A DNA stretch of 57,061 nt. It comes from Acidimicrobiia bacterium (GTDB lineage: Bacteria > Actinomycetota > Acidimicrobiia > Spongiisociales > JAOTWH01). The stretch lies in assembly GCA_036446035.1 (NCBI GenBank), contig JAZFSG010000009.1:1-57061 (forward strand), in the 5' to 3' direction. Of the stretch, positions 7,657-16,055 are shown piece after piece. Made by a program: the position numbers and the translations under genes. The stretch's first letter is position 1, and the number at the start of each line of letters is the position of its first letter. The notes beneath the pieces were generated by a model. That model worked only from the letters and a program-made list of their open reading frames with translations. It made no database searches and had not been told where the DNA came from.

Positions 7657-9410
7657 GCCGGTGGCAGGGGTGTGCGCGGAGCCGTTGCCAGCCCGATCAT
7701 CCCGACGCCAACGAAGAAGCTGACATCGGCGATTCCCTGTTGGTTGGTGAGCTTCAGGTAGACGACACCAGTCAAAGGGCGGTAGACGGCAACTGAGTCG
7801 GTGCCATTGCCGTTCCAGTCGCCTGCCTCAATGATGTCGTCGGGATCGCCGAAGATGAACTGGGATTCGGCGTTGCCCGTCGTGAGCGTGTTGCGGTAAT
7901 AGACGAGCCCGGTGCTCTCTCGATGCAACCCGACCTCATCGATGCCGTCTCCATCGAGGTCGCCGGCAAACGGCTTGTCGCCGGGGTTGCCGAAGACGAA
8001 GCCATAGTTGCCAACGACACCGGCCTCCCCCTCGTAGACCTCGTCGATGAAGAAGCGCTGCTCGGAAGGCCGATACACCGAGATGGTGTCGCAGCCATCA
8101 CCCGTCCAGTCGCCGACGATGGGAACGTCCCCGGGATTACCCAGGAAGAACTGCACGTCGGCGTTGCCCACCGAATTCGAATTGCGCAGATAGACGAAAC
8201 CATCCGACTGGCGATACATGCCTGGGGTATCGATGGTGTCGCAGTTCCAGTCGCCCATCAGCGGGAAGTCGCCGGGATTGCCGTAGATGAAGATGTTCCG
8301 TGGCGCGAACAACCGCGCTCGCAGGTAGTTGTTGAATGTCGGCCCCGAGCCGTTGATGACCGACACGGAGTCGCAGGTGGCGCCATCGGGACAAGGGTCC
8401 GGGGTATCGGCAAGGGCGGCGACAACCAACGTCGTTCCCGGCACAAACCAGTCGTCGATCGGAGGACTGCGATAGACGGCTGTGTCGAAGGCGGTGTCGA
8501 AGGCGCCGTCGACAGTGCCGTTCCAGATCTGCCAGTCGCATCCCTCCACCTTGTTGAACCACACCAACCCCAGAACGTGGCTGTCACCTCGCAGCAGGTC
8601 GAACAACGAGCTGATCCAGCCGGGGCGGGATGCCGTGGCGCAAGCGCCGGTGTCGGTGATGAGGATGGGCTTGGAAGCAGCAACGTCCTTCAGGTCCGCA
8701 AGCGCCGACGAGAACAGCGCCAGGGGCGACACCGCCCCTGGATCGACAGCTCTGCCGGCGAGTCCCGTGAAATCGACGGTCATGGGGTCCGGGTAGTAGC
8801 CGCCGATACTGCCGCAGCCGCCGCCCGAGACGTTCGGCGCGAACGTCCACCGGACCCTCTCCTGTGCCGCGGGTCCCAGCCTGGCGTCGATCACGTTGAC
8901 GATCCTCTCATAGGCACCCTTGAAGGTGGCCAGCTGGCACTGGTACGCCTTGCCGCCCGCCATATTCATCTCAGGGAGGGGAGCGATGATGATCGAGCGT
9001 CCGGCGCCCTCGTCGAGCCACAGCTTGAGCTTGTCCGCCCAACTCTCGAGAAAGGAATCCTGCTCTCCCGAGGCGATCGATGACGTCGAGACGTTCCCGA
9101 CAAACAGGTTGACAAACGGAGTGCCCCCGGCGGCCCACACCTCGTTCAGCACGGTCGGCGTGTCGAACACAGGGAAGACAACGTCGATGGAGTAGCCGGC
9201 GAAAGTCATGCGGTTGAGCCCACTGCCGAGGGCCGCCACCAGGGCGTTGATGTCGGCGCCGGGAGAAGGGGTATCGGGGTAATACCCGACGTGAACGATC
9301 CCGGTGCCGTCTACTTCTTGGTCAACGGCAGCGGCCGGCGCCGCCGTGACACCGACCAGGACTGCGGCGAGCAGTGTGCTCGAAATGAAAACGTGAGAGG
9401 CCCGTTTCAC
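7653..9410 (-). CDS. Secreted protein: GH26-like TIM-barrel N-domain plus C-terminal FG-GAP-like repeat module (paralog A)
   Basis: Signal peptide. IIAPLPEMN, YYPDPMTVDF, KPILITDTG and LVWFN resemble GH26 blocks. The last 212 aa are 4 full repeats plus a partial one. GTGA overlap with the downstream gene. Confidence 0.6.
   Translation of the reverse strand: MKRASHVFISSTLLAAVLVGVTAAPAAAVDQEVDGTGIVHVGYYPDTPSPGADINALVAALGSGLNRMTFAGYSIDVVFPVFDTPTVLNEVWAAGGTPFVNLFVGNVSTSSIASGEQDSFLESWADKLKLWLDEGAGRSIIIAPLPEMNMAGGKAYQCQLATFKGAYERIVNVIDARLGPAAQERVRWTFAPNVSGGGCGSIGGYYPDPMTVDFTGLAGRAVDPGAVSPLALFSSALADLKDVAASKPILITDTGACATASRPGWISSLFDLLRGDSHVLGLVWFNKVEGCDWQIWNGTVDGAFDTAFDTAVYRSPPIDDWFVPGTTLVVAALADTPDPCPDGATCDSVSVINGSGPTFNNYLRARLFAPRNIFIYGNPGDFPLMGDWNCDTIDTPGMYRQSDGFVYLRNSNSVGNADVQFFLGNPGDVPIVGDWTGDGCDTISVYRPSEQRFFIDEVYEGEAGVVGNYGFVFGNPGDKPFAGDLDGDGIDEVGLHRESTGLVYYRNTLTTGNAESQFIFGDPDDIIEAGDWNGNGTDSVAVYRPLTGVVYLKLTNQQGIADVSFFVGVGMIGLATAPRTPLPPA
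7656..8291 (-). repeat. Coding array of 4 full plus 1 partial FG-GAP-like repeats
   Basis: FIYGNPGDFPLMGDWNCDTIDTPG..., FFLGNPGDVPIVGDWTGDGCDT..., FVFGNPGDKPFAGDLDGDGIDE..., FIFGDPDDIIEAGDWNGNGTDS..., FFVGVG. Confidence 0.75.
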
Positions 9411-9442
9411 GCAGTCAGGTTACAGAGGACTCGAAGTCACCG

Positions 9443-11251
9443 CTAACCAGGGCCGATGCCGAGGCCGACGAAGCCGAAACCGACGAAGAAGGCAGCGTCG
9501 GCGACACCGGCAGTGTTGTCGAGCTTGCCGTAGAAGAATCCGTTGCTGGGGCGGTACACGGCGACCGAGTCGTCGCCGTCGCCGTCCCAATCGCCTGCGA
9601 TCAGCTTGTCGCCCGGGTCGCCGAAGATGAAGTCGGCATCAGCGACCCCGGTCTTGTTCGAGTTGCGGAAGTAGACACGCCCGGTCGCCTCCCGGTGAAG
9701 CCCGACCGTGGAGATTCCGTCTCCGTCGAAGTCTCCGGTGAAGGGCTTGTCGCCGGTGTCCCCGAAGTAGAAGGAGTAGTCGGCCGAGATGCCGGCAAAG
9801 TCGGCCGCCAGGGAATTGGCAATGTAGAACTTCGCCTCGGGCGGCCGGTAGATAGAAACGGTGTCGCAGCCGTCGTTGTTGAAGTCGCCTGTAAGCGGAA
9901 CGTCGCCGGGGTCGCCAAGGAAGAACTGGCGGTCGGCGATGCCGCTGTTATTGGAATTCCGGAGGTAGACGAAGCCGTCGGACTGGCGATACTGCCCGGG
10001 CGTCTCTTCGCCATCGCAGTCCCAGTCGCCGGTGAGCGGGTAGTCGCCGGGGTTGCCGAAGAAGTATGCGGTGTCGGTGTAAGCGTTAGTGAGCTCATCG
10101 AGCATGTGGAACTGGCCGCCGGCGTCGGCAAGGTTTACGGAGTCGCAGTCGATGCCGACGCAGGGGTTCGGCGTCCCGGCCATCGCCAGCGTGGTGCCCG
10201 GCACGAACCAATCTGCCAGGGGCCAGGCGTATTCGGCCCCTGAGAGTCCAGCGGTCCAGCCGGTGGCGGCGGTGGCGCCGTCCCAGATTCGCCAGTCGCA
10301 CTCCCACCAGTTATCGAGGTTAAACCACACGAAGCCGACGGCGTTGGCGTCGGCTTCTACGAAGTCGAAGACATCCTGTATCCACGCGTCGCGACCAGGG
10401 GTGACGGAACATGTCGCGGTTTGGGCGACGATCATGGGCTTGGCCGGCATGAACGGTCGGATCTCGTCGAGGGCCCAGTCGATCACCTGGCTGACCGGCA
10501 GGCTCGGTCCCGAGATGCCGTACCAGTTGTATGCGGACACGCCTCCGAAATCGGCGTAGGCGTTCCCCGGGTAGTAATCAGCGACCTTGCCACATCCAAC
10601 AGCGGTGGCTCCGTTAGGAGCGAACATCCAACGAACCTGGTCGGCTGCGGGCCCCAGCTCGGCCTCGGCAACATCGACGAAGTGGCGATAGGCGGCGGCG
10701 TAGGTGGCCGGCTGGCACTGGTAGCCAAGGCCCCCGGTCCAGTTCATCTCCTGCATGGGAGCGATGATCATCGACCGTCCTACAGCGGAGGCGGGCAAGG
10801 GATCGAGGGTCAGGTTCTCGCCTCCGAGCCAGCGCTTCATGTAGCTAGCCCATTGGGTAATGGAGGCGTCGTAGCTTCCGGAAATGATGTCAGTCGTTGA
10901 GGCCGCTCCTGCCCGCACGTTGATGAGCGGAGTGCCGTGGCCCTTCCAGATCTCGTTCAACCCCTCAATGTCGTTGTTCCACTTGCCCGGAATATGGGCC
11001 TCGACACCGGCATCGAGGGTTGTGTCCATGAAGGTCCCCAGGAGCGATGCCCGATGGCCGCCTGTGGCTGCCGCCATGGCGTCGGCGTCGGCGCCCGCAA
11101 AGAAGGTGTTTGGGTAATAGCCGCCGTGGATCTCGGTGGGGTCAACGGCGACGCCGTCGGCACTGGCAGGCCCGGCAACGCCCAGGAGAGCGATGGAGAC
11201 CATCGCCAGGGATACCGCGACCGACAGCGCACGGCGCGAAAAAGATGCCAC
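9443..11251 (-). CDS. Secreted protein: GH26-like N-domain plus C-terminal FG-GAP-like repeat module (paralog B)
   Basis: MIIAPMQEMNW, YYPGNAYADF, KPMIVAQTA, VWFN; C-terminal repeats as in paralog A. Start moved to GTG 11251 (VASFSRRALSVAVSLAMV... signal peptide) because the ORF-track start at 11407 overlaps the upstream gene. Confidence 0.6.
   Translation of the reverse strand: MASFSRRALSVAVSLAMVSIALLGVAGPASADGVAVDPTEIHGGYYPNTFFAGADADAMAAATGGHRASLLGTFMDTTLDAGVEAHIPGKWNNDIEGLNEIWKGHGTPLINVRAGAASTTDIISGSYDASITQWASYMKRWLGGENLTLDPLPASAVGRSMIIAPMQEMNWTGGLGYQCQPATYAAAYRHFVDVAEAELGPAADQVRWMFAPNGATAVGCGKVADYYPGNAYADFGGVSAYNWYGISGPSLPVSQVIDWALDEIRPFMPAKPMIVAQTATCSVTPGRDAWIQDVFDFVEADANAVGFVWFNLDNWWECDWRIWDGATAATGWTAGLSGAEYAWPLADWFVPGTTLAMAGTPNPCVGIDCDSVNLADAGGQFHMLDELTNAYTDTAYFFGNPGDYPLTGDWDCDGEETPGQYRQSDGFVYLRNSNNSGIADRQFFLGDPGDVPLTGDFNNDGCDTVSIYRPPEAKFYIANSLAADFAGISADYSFYFGDTGDKPFTGDFDGDGISTVGLHREATGRVYFRNSNKTGVADADFIFGDPGDKLIAGDWDGDGDDSVAVYRPSNGFFYGKLDNTAGVADAAFFVGFGFVGLGIGPG
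9446..10066 (-). repeat. Coding array of 4 full plus 1 partial FG-GAP-like repeats
   Basis: Last 207 aa of ORF 9443..11407. Confidence 0.75.
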
Positions 11252-11289
11252 AGAAAGTGGTATCGGCTTTGGGATGCGCCAACTTGAGT

Positions 11290-12108
11290 TCAGACGGTCA
11301 GCGTAGGCGCGGCTGCGTCGAACACAGCCTTGGCGAACTCCTCGAGCTTGGTGGCCGCCGCCGGATCGCCGGCCAGCTGGTCGTGATACAGGATGCTCCC
11401 CTGCCATCCCTCAGTGTTCCACTCGCCACCGTGGGGCAACTCGACCGCCAACAGCGACTCCTCGAATGGCCACGGGTTGGAGTAGAAGTAGGAGCGGCCT
11501 TGCGGATAGAAGCCAAGATTGATCTGAGAGGGCAACTGGGTGGTCTTGCCGTCCTCTTCGTAGGGCTCGGTTCGAGTTCCGAACCATTCGTAAGCCAGGT
11601 CGAATCCGTGTGGCCACAGCTGGATGGGCCCAACAGACCCCTCGACGCTCACCCGTCGCCTCTCGAAGACGGCACTGGCATCGAGGAACGTCGCCATCAA
11701 CGCCGACGCGTCGGCGGGGTCGTATTCAGTGGCTTCATCGGACTCGAACTTGGAGCGGTCGTAGGAGCCCTCGAGTCCCAATTCGGCTGCGACGGCGAGG
11801 ATGCGATCGCCCATCTCCGAGCCGGTGGCGCCGTCGCCCATCGGAAACTCGGCGACCGGCCCGGTGTTGCTCTCTATGGCGACGGCATGACGCACCAGGT
11901 CCAGCCGCACCTCGAGGGCGCCTCCGGCTGGAAGAGGAATCGGATCCGCTACGAGGCCGCTGGGACGGGGCTTGAGGCTGACGTGCCACCACTTCGGGTG
12001 AGCTATGCCATGCACTCTGTTCAGAGTTGTGGCAGCATGGGCGTAGCTATGGAGCGCGGCCCGCGTCGGCTCTCGGTCTGGTGATAGTTCCTCAAAGATC
12101 ATTGGCAC
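11290..12108 (-). CDS. DUF5996-like protein, function unknown
   Basis: WWHVSL...GL...PIPLP and LWPHGFDLA blocks match what I recall of DUF5996. First gene of the same-strand cluster. Confidence 0.5.
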   Translation of the reverse strand: MPMIFEELSPDREPTRAALHSYAHAATTLNRVHGIAHPKWWHVSLKPRPSGLVADPIPLPAGGALEVRLDLVRHAVAIESNTGPVAEFPMGDGATGSEMGDRILAVAAELGLEGSYDRSKFESDEATEYDPADASALMATFLDASAVFERRRVSVEGSVGPIQLWPHGFDLAYEWFGTRTEPYEEDGKTTQLPSQINLGFYPQGRSYFYSNPWPFEESLLAVELPHGGEWNTEGWQGSILYHDQLAGDPAAATKLEEFAKAVFDAAAPTLTV

Positions 12109-12183
12109 CTCCTGGGTAGGTCAACCCATGAGACGGCCGGAAACTTCCGAGGACGAGGGGCCGTTGCCTGAGGAAGGATTGTC

Positions 12184-12690
12184 ATGAGAGATTCCATCAA
12201 CGCAGCCCAACTGATCCTGCGGATTGCCCTCGGCGTGGTGTTCATCGCCCACGGTATCAAGCACGCCAGGGGTCGCGTCAAGACCTCTAACTGGTTCGCG
12301 TCGATCGGGTTCCGCAAGGCCGAGATGCAGTGGTTCCTGTCGACAGCAACCGAGATAGGAGTCGGCGTGCTCATGGTCGTGGGACTTCTCACGTCGCTGG
12401 CTGCGGCCGGCATCGTGGGCATCATGGGAGTCGCCTTCTTGTCGGTGCACCGCAAGGCTGGATTCTGGATCACGGCGCGACCCGACGAAGGATGGGAGTA
12501 CGTCTTCTCCCTCAGCGCCATGGCAGCAGCGGTTGCGCTCACTGGTCCGGGCGAGTGGTCGATCGACCATGCGATCGACCTCGCCGACAAGCTCGACGGC
12601 TGGGTTGGCCTTGCTCTCGTCGTTGGTGGCGTGGCCACGGCGGTCGCCCAGATGATCCTGTTCTTCAGACCGCCGACTAGCGCCGACTAG
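12184..12690 (+). CDS. DoxX family membrane protein
   Basis: LILRIALGVVFIAHG and 4 TM; RBS GAGGAAGG upstream of the ATG. Confidence 0.7.
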   Translation: MRDSINAAQLILRIALGVVFIAHGIKHARGRVKTSNWFASIGFRKAEMQWFLSTATEIGVGVLMVVGLLTSLAAAGIVGIMGVAFLSVHRKAGFWITARPDEGWEYVFSLSAMAAAVALTGPGEWSIDHAIDLADKLDGWVGLALVVGGVATAVAQMILFFRPPTSAD

Positions 12691-13298
12691 CCCCCGACGG
12701 CGAACAGGGTCTGCAGCTTGCCCAAGAGTCTCCCGGCGTCGATGGCGCCGAGGTTGACGTCGGCCACCGAACCATCAGGGGCGTAGATCACTGTCAGCGG
12801 CATGCCGCGGGCTCCAAAGGCAGCGCTCAGGGACCGCCCGTCCGATCCGCCGACGTCCCTGGCCAGCGGCCAGGCATCGATCCCGCTGCGCCGCGCCAGG
12901 CCGGAGCCGTTGCCGCTGTCCTGACTGTTGATACCAACGAAATTCACCTCATCACCGATCTGGTTTGCCAGCGTGGCGAATCCCGGAAGCTCCCGTTGGC
13001 AATGAGGACACCACGAGGCGAAGAAGGCGGCGACTGTGGGCTTTCCCGAAAACTGTGCCAGCGTTATCCGGCCCTCGCCCTGCAAGCTCGGCAGATCCCA
13101 ACCCGTCGTGGTCGCGGTTCCGGTCGGCGCTGGTCCCGGTCGGAACAAGAAGACCACGCCGGCGAGGAGCACGGCGGCCGCCAATCCAAGGGTGATCTTC
13201 TGATAGCGCTGCTTGCGCAGCTTCGCTTGCCGAGCCTTCTCGCGCTCGGCGCGCTTCGACGACCTCTGCTGTTGACGAGCCATTGGGTGTCTCAACAC
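12687..13298 (-). CDS. Membrane-anchored TlpA/redoxin-family thiol-disulfide oxidoreductase
   Basis: Basic N-terminus plus TM, then FFASWCPHCQRELP thioredoxin motif. Confidence 0.75.
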   Translation of the reverse strand: MLRHPMARQQQRSSKRAEREKARQAKLRKQRYQKITLGLAAAVLLAGVVFLFRPGPAPTGTATTTGWDLPSLQGEGRITLAQFSGKPTVAAFFASWCPHCQRELPGFATLANQIGDEVNFVGINSQDSGNGSGLARRSGIDAWPLARDVGGSDGRSLSAAFGARGMPLTVIYAPDGSVADVNLGAIDAGRLLGKLQTLFAVGG

Positions 13299-13345
13299 GG
13301 CCGGGCTGCCGAATCTTCCGGGTGAGATTGGTTTAGTTTGGCGGC

Positions 13346-14332
13346 ATGGCCGAGACCTATATCGATGTTGAGGGCGAGCCGTTCCGGATCTCGTCTCCGG
13401 ACAAGCTCATGTTCCCCGATCAGGGATGGACCAAGCTCGATGTCGTCGCCCACTACGTGATGTGCCTGCCCGGAGCACTGCAGGGAGTCAGGGACCGCCC
13501 GACCATGCTCAAACGGTGGAACAGCGGAGTCGCCGACGATCCCTTCTATCACAAGCGCGCGAATCCCAAGGAGGCGTTCGACACTGTCGAGATCAGGTTC
13601 CCATCGCAGCGGCCTGGCTTGATGCGAGTCCCCCGCGCCGGCGTTGATGTGGTGAGAATGGCACAGCTCAACTGCCTCGACCTCAACCCGTGGCCGGTAC
13701 GGGCGTCCGATATCGACCATCCCGACGAGCTGCGCGTCGACCTCGACCCCACCCCCGATTCATCGTTCGCAGAGGTGCGCGAGGTCGCGGCCATCGTCAG
13801 GGACATCCTGTCGGAGCACGGCCTGACCGGATGGCCCAAGACCTCGGGGAACCGCGGCATCCACATCTACGCACGGATCGAACCGCGGTGGACCTTCCAC
13901 GAGGCGCGGCGCTGCGGCCTGGCGTTGGCGCGGGAAGCGGAACGCCGTCATGGCCGCGCCACGACCGCATGGTGGAAGGAGGAGCGATCCGGCGTGTTCC
14001 TCGATTACAACCAGATGGCGAGAGACAAGACGATCGCCAGTGTCTACAGCATCCGCCAGACGGGACTGGTGTCGACACCGTTCGAATGGGACGAGCTCGA
14101 TGGCATCGAACCGAAGGCCTTCGACCTGGTGAGTTTCCGGACGAGGTGGAAGAGCGCCGGCGACCTCACCGAGCACATGGACGACACCGCCGGCAGCCTC
14201 GAGTCCCTGTTAGAGCTCGTCGCCATCGACGAGAGCAACGGCATCGGCGACGCCCCGTGGCCCCCGCATTACCCCAAGCAGCCCGGGGAGCCGCCGCGGG
14301 TGCAGCCCAGCAAGAGGAAGATGAAGGAGTAG
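13346..14332 (+). CDS. Stand-alone LigD-type polymerase/primase domain protein (NHEJ PrimPol)
   Basis: ISSPDKLMFP, DLDP and SGNRGIHIY motifs of LigD-Pol. Confidence 0.8.
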   Translation: MAETYIDVEGEPFRISSPDKLMFPDQGWTKLDVVAHYVMCLPGALQGVRDRPTMLKRWNSGVADDPFYHKRANPKEAFDTVEIRFPSQRPGLMRVPRAGVDVVRMAQLNCLDLNPWPVRASDIDHPDELRVDLDPTPDSSFAEVREVAAIVRDILSEHGLTGWPKTSGNRGIHIYARIEPRWTFHEARRCGLALAREAERRHGRATTAWWKEERSGVFLDYNQMARDKTIASVYSIRQTGLVSTPFEWDELDGIEPKAFDLVSFRTRWKSAGDLTEHMDDTAGSLESLLELVAIDESNGIGDAPWPPHYPKQPGEPPRVQPSKRKMKE

Positions 14333-14383
14333 GTCGGCTCCGAGCTTTGGGCTTCGGTCAAGAACCGCCCGCTGCGACTTGGC

Positions 14384-15421
14384 TTATGGCTTACCGCGCA
14401 CCACCTCGCCGAAGCCTGGACCGTCGGGGCGAGCAAGCTGATCCATGGTGCAGTCCTCGGCGTTCTTGTCGGGACGCCAGCGCTCGAGGCGGGTGGCGTG
14501 TCGGAAACGACCCTCGGTCAATTGGTCGTAGCTCACCTGGACAACAACGCCCGGCTGAACTGGAGTCCACGAGAGGTCCTTGCCTGCGGACCATCTACTG
14601 TCGCCTCCCGGCACCCTCGCCCCCTCCCCAAAGCTCTCCCCCACTGCGAGCTGCTCGAATTGGCCTAGGAGCACGACCCGATCGTGATCCGAGAACCCGG
14701 AGCAGTGTCCGATGAAGTGGAGCTGCCCGTCTGAGTTGTAGAGACCGAGAAGCAGCGATCCGATCTTGCCGCCGTCCTTGTGCTCCCGATAGCCCCCGAC
14801 GACGACGTCAACCGAGCGCCGGTGCTTGATCTTGATCATCTCTCGCTTGCCCTCGACGTATGGCGACTCCAGGTTCTTGGCGATGATGCCGTCGCAGCCA
14901 GCAGCCTCGAACTCCCTGAACCATCGCTTGGCGGTGTCCAGGTCCTCCGTTGAGGGTGACAGGCTCCACGGATGGTCGAGCTTGGAGGCGACCGCGACAA
15001 GGCGCTGCCGACGCTCAGAGAACGGCAGCCCCCGCAGGTCCGTTCCCGCGTCTGCCAGTAGATCGAAGGCAACCAGTTGCGCCGGAGTCTCCTCTGCCAA
15101 CAGTTGCACCCGTGACGCCGCGGGGTGGAGACGCAGCTGGAGCGCATCGAACTTGGTCCGGTCTCCAACAACCACGACCAGTTCGCAATCGACCACGGTC
15201 CCTGAGGGGAGCGAACCGAGGGCATCTGTCAGTTCCGGGAAGTACCTGAGGAGGGGCTTCTGGTTGCGACTATCGAGGCGTGGCTCGTCGCTCCACGCCA
15301 GGGCGCGGAAACCATCCCACTTCGGCTCGTATGCGAAGCCAGATGGCTCGGGCCACGATTCGCGGACCCGCGCCTCCATTGGCGTGAGCGGCGGTGAGAA
15401 CGGCCATGGGGATGCTGCCAT
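14384..15421 (-). CDS. ATP-dependent DNA ligase (LigC/LigD ligase-domain type)
   Basis: Adenylation motif YEPKWDGFRA, DGIIAK and an OB-fold C-terminus. Convergent with the polymerase gene. Confidence 0.8.
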   Translation of the reverse strand: MAASPWPFSPPLTPMEARVRESWPEPSGFAYEPKWDGFRALAWSDEPRLDSRNQKPLLRYFPELTDALGSLPSGTVVDCELVVVVGDRTKFDALQLRLHPAASRVQLLAEETPAQLVAFDLLADAGTDLRGLPFSERRQRLVAVASKLDHPWSLSPSTEDLDTAKRWFREFEAAGCDGIIAKNLESPYVEGKREMIKIKHRRSVDVVVGGYREHKDGGKIGSLLLGLYNSDGQLHFIGHCSGFSDHDRVVLLGQFEQLAVGESFGEGARVPGGDSRWSAGKDLSWTPVQPGVVVQVSYDQLTEGRFRHATRLERWRPDKNAEDCTMDQLARPDGPGFGEVVRGKP

Positions 15422-15509
15422 TGACCGATGCTACGCGCATCCAAGGAATCGGCCCTCAAGCCGACTTTCGGCCCTATCCCGGCCCCGGAGGACGAGGCAC
15501 GCTGCCCGC

Positions 15510-15680
15510 ATGGCAAAGCACCACCGCCCCCTCGCAACCCGACTCCGCGACACAGCCTGGCTACGAGAGCTCGATCGACAGCAGAACCATCAGGCTGAGA
15601 TGGCTGAACGTCGACGCAAGGAGCTGGAGCGGAAGGAACGCGAAGCCGCCCGTGCGGCCGAGTACAACCGAGCCATCTGA
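15510..15680 (+). CDS. 56-aa charged, coiled-coil-like small protein, hypothetical
   Basis: ATG at 15510 within ORF 14826..15680: MAKHHRPLATRLRDTAWLRELD...RKELERKEREAARAAEYNRAI. No homolog recognised. Confidence 0.3.
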   Translation: MAKHHRPLATRLRDTAWLRELDRQQNHQAEMAERRRKELERKEREAARAAEYNRAI

Positions 15681-15749
15681 CACGTCGGAATCCCGACCGA
15701 AAACGGGGAGCGGGCCCCTCGACCGCGCATTGGTACTATTCCGCACCGA

Positions 15750-15822
15750 TCCGGGGTAGCTCAATCGGCAGAGCGACGGACTGTTAATCCGTAGGTTGTG
15801 GGTTCGAGTCCCACCCCCGGAG
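15750..15822 (+). tRNA. tRNA-Asn (GTT)
   Basis: 73 nt cloverleaf: TCCGGGG/CCCCGGA acceptor, GCTC..GAGC D-arm, ACGGA-CTGTTAA-TCCGT anticodon arm, GTGGG-TTCGAGT-CCCAC T-arm, discriminator G. Confidence 0.92.
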
Positions 15823-15823
15823 C

Positions 15824-16051
15824 GTGAGAGTGCGAACCATCCTCGGATTCGGCGTCGGCTACGTGCTGGGAGCGAGAGCCGGACGCCATCGCTACGAGCA
15901 GATGAAGGCATGGTGGCTCGGCGTCGTCGAGTCGGAGGGGGTTCGAGCGCTCGGTCGCCGCATCGGTGGCGATGGGATCGGTGCTGCCCGCGACACTGCT
16001 GCCTCCGGCCTGTCCGCCGCTTCCGAACAGCTCCGCAAGCTCGCCGACTAG
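15824..16051 (+). CDS. Small YtxH-like/hypothetical protein
   Basis: ILGFGVGYVLGARAGRHRYEQ N-terminus recalls small conserved actinobacterial proteins. The start (GTG 15824 or 15830) abuts the tRNA. Confidence 0.5.
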   Translation: MRVRTILGFGVGYVLGARAGRHRYEQMKAWWLGVVESEGVRALGRRIGGDGIGAARDTAASGLSAASEQLRKLAD

Positions 16052-16055
16052 GCGG

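Noticed and set aside
13690-14715. 341-aa Arg-rich plus-strand ORF spanning the polymerase/ligase junction
   Set aside because: It is out of frame with LigD-Pol and antisense to the ligase. Extreme Arg/Pro content is typical of off-frame GC-rich sequence.
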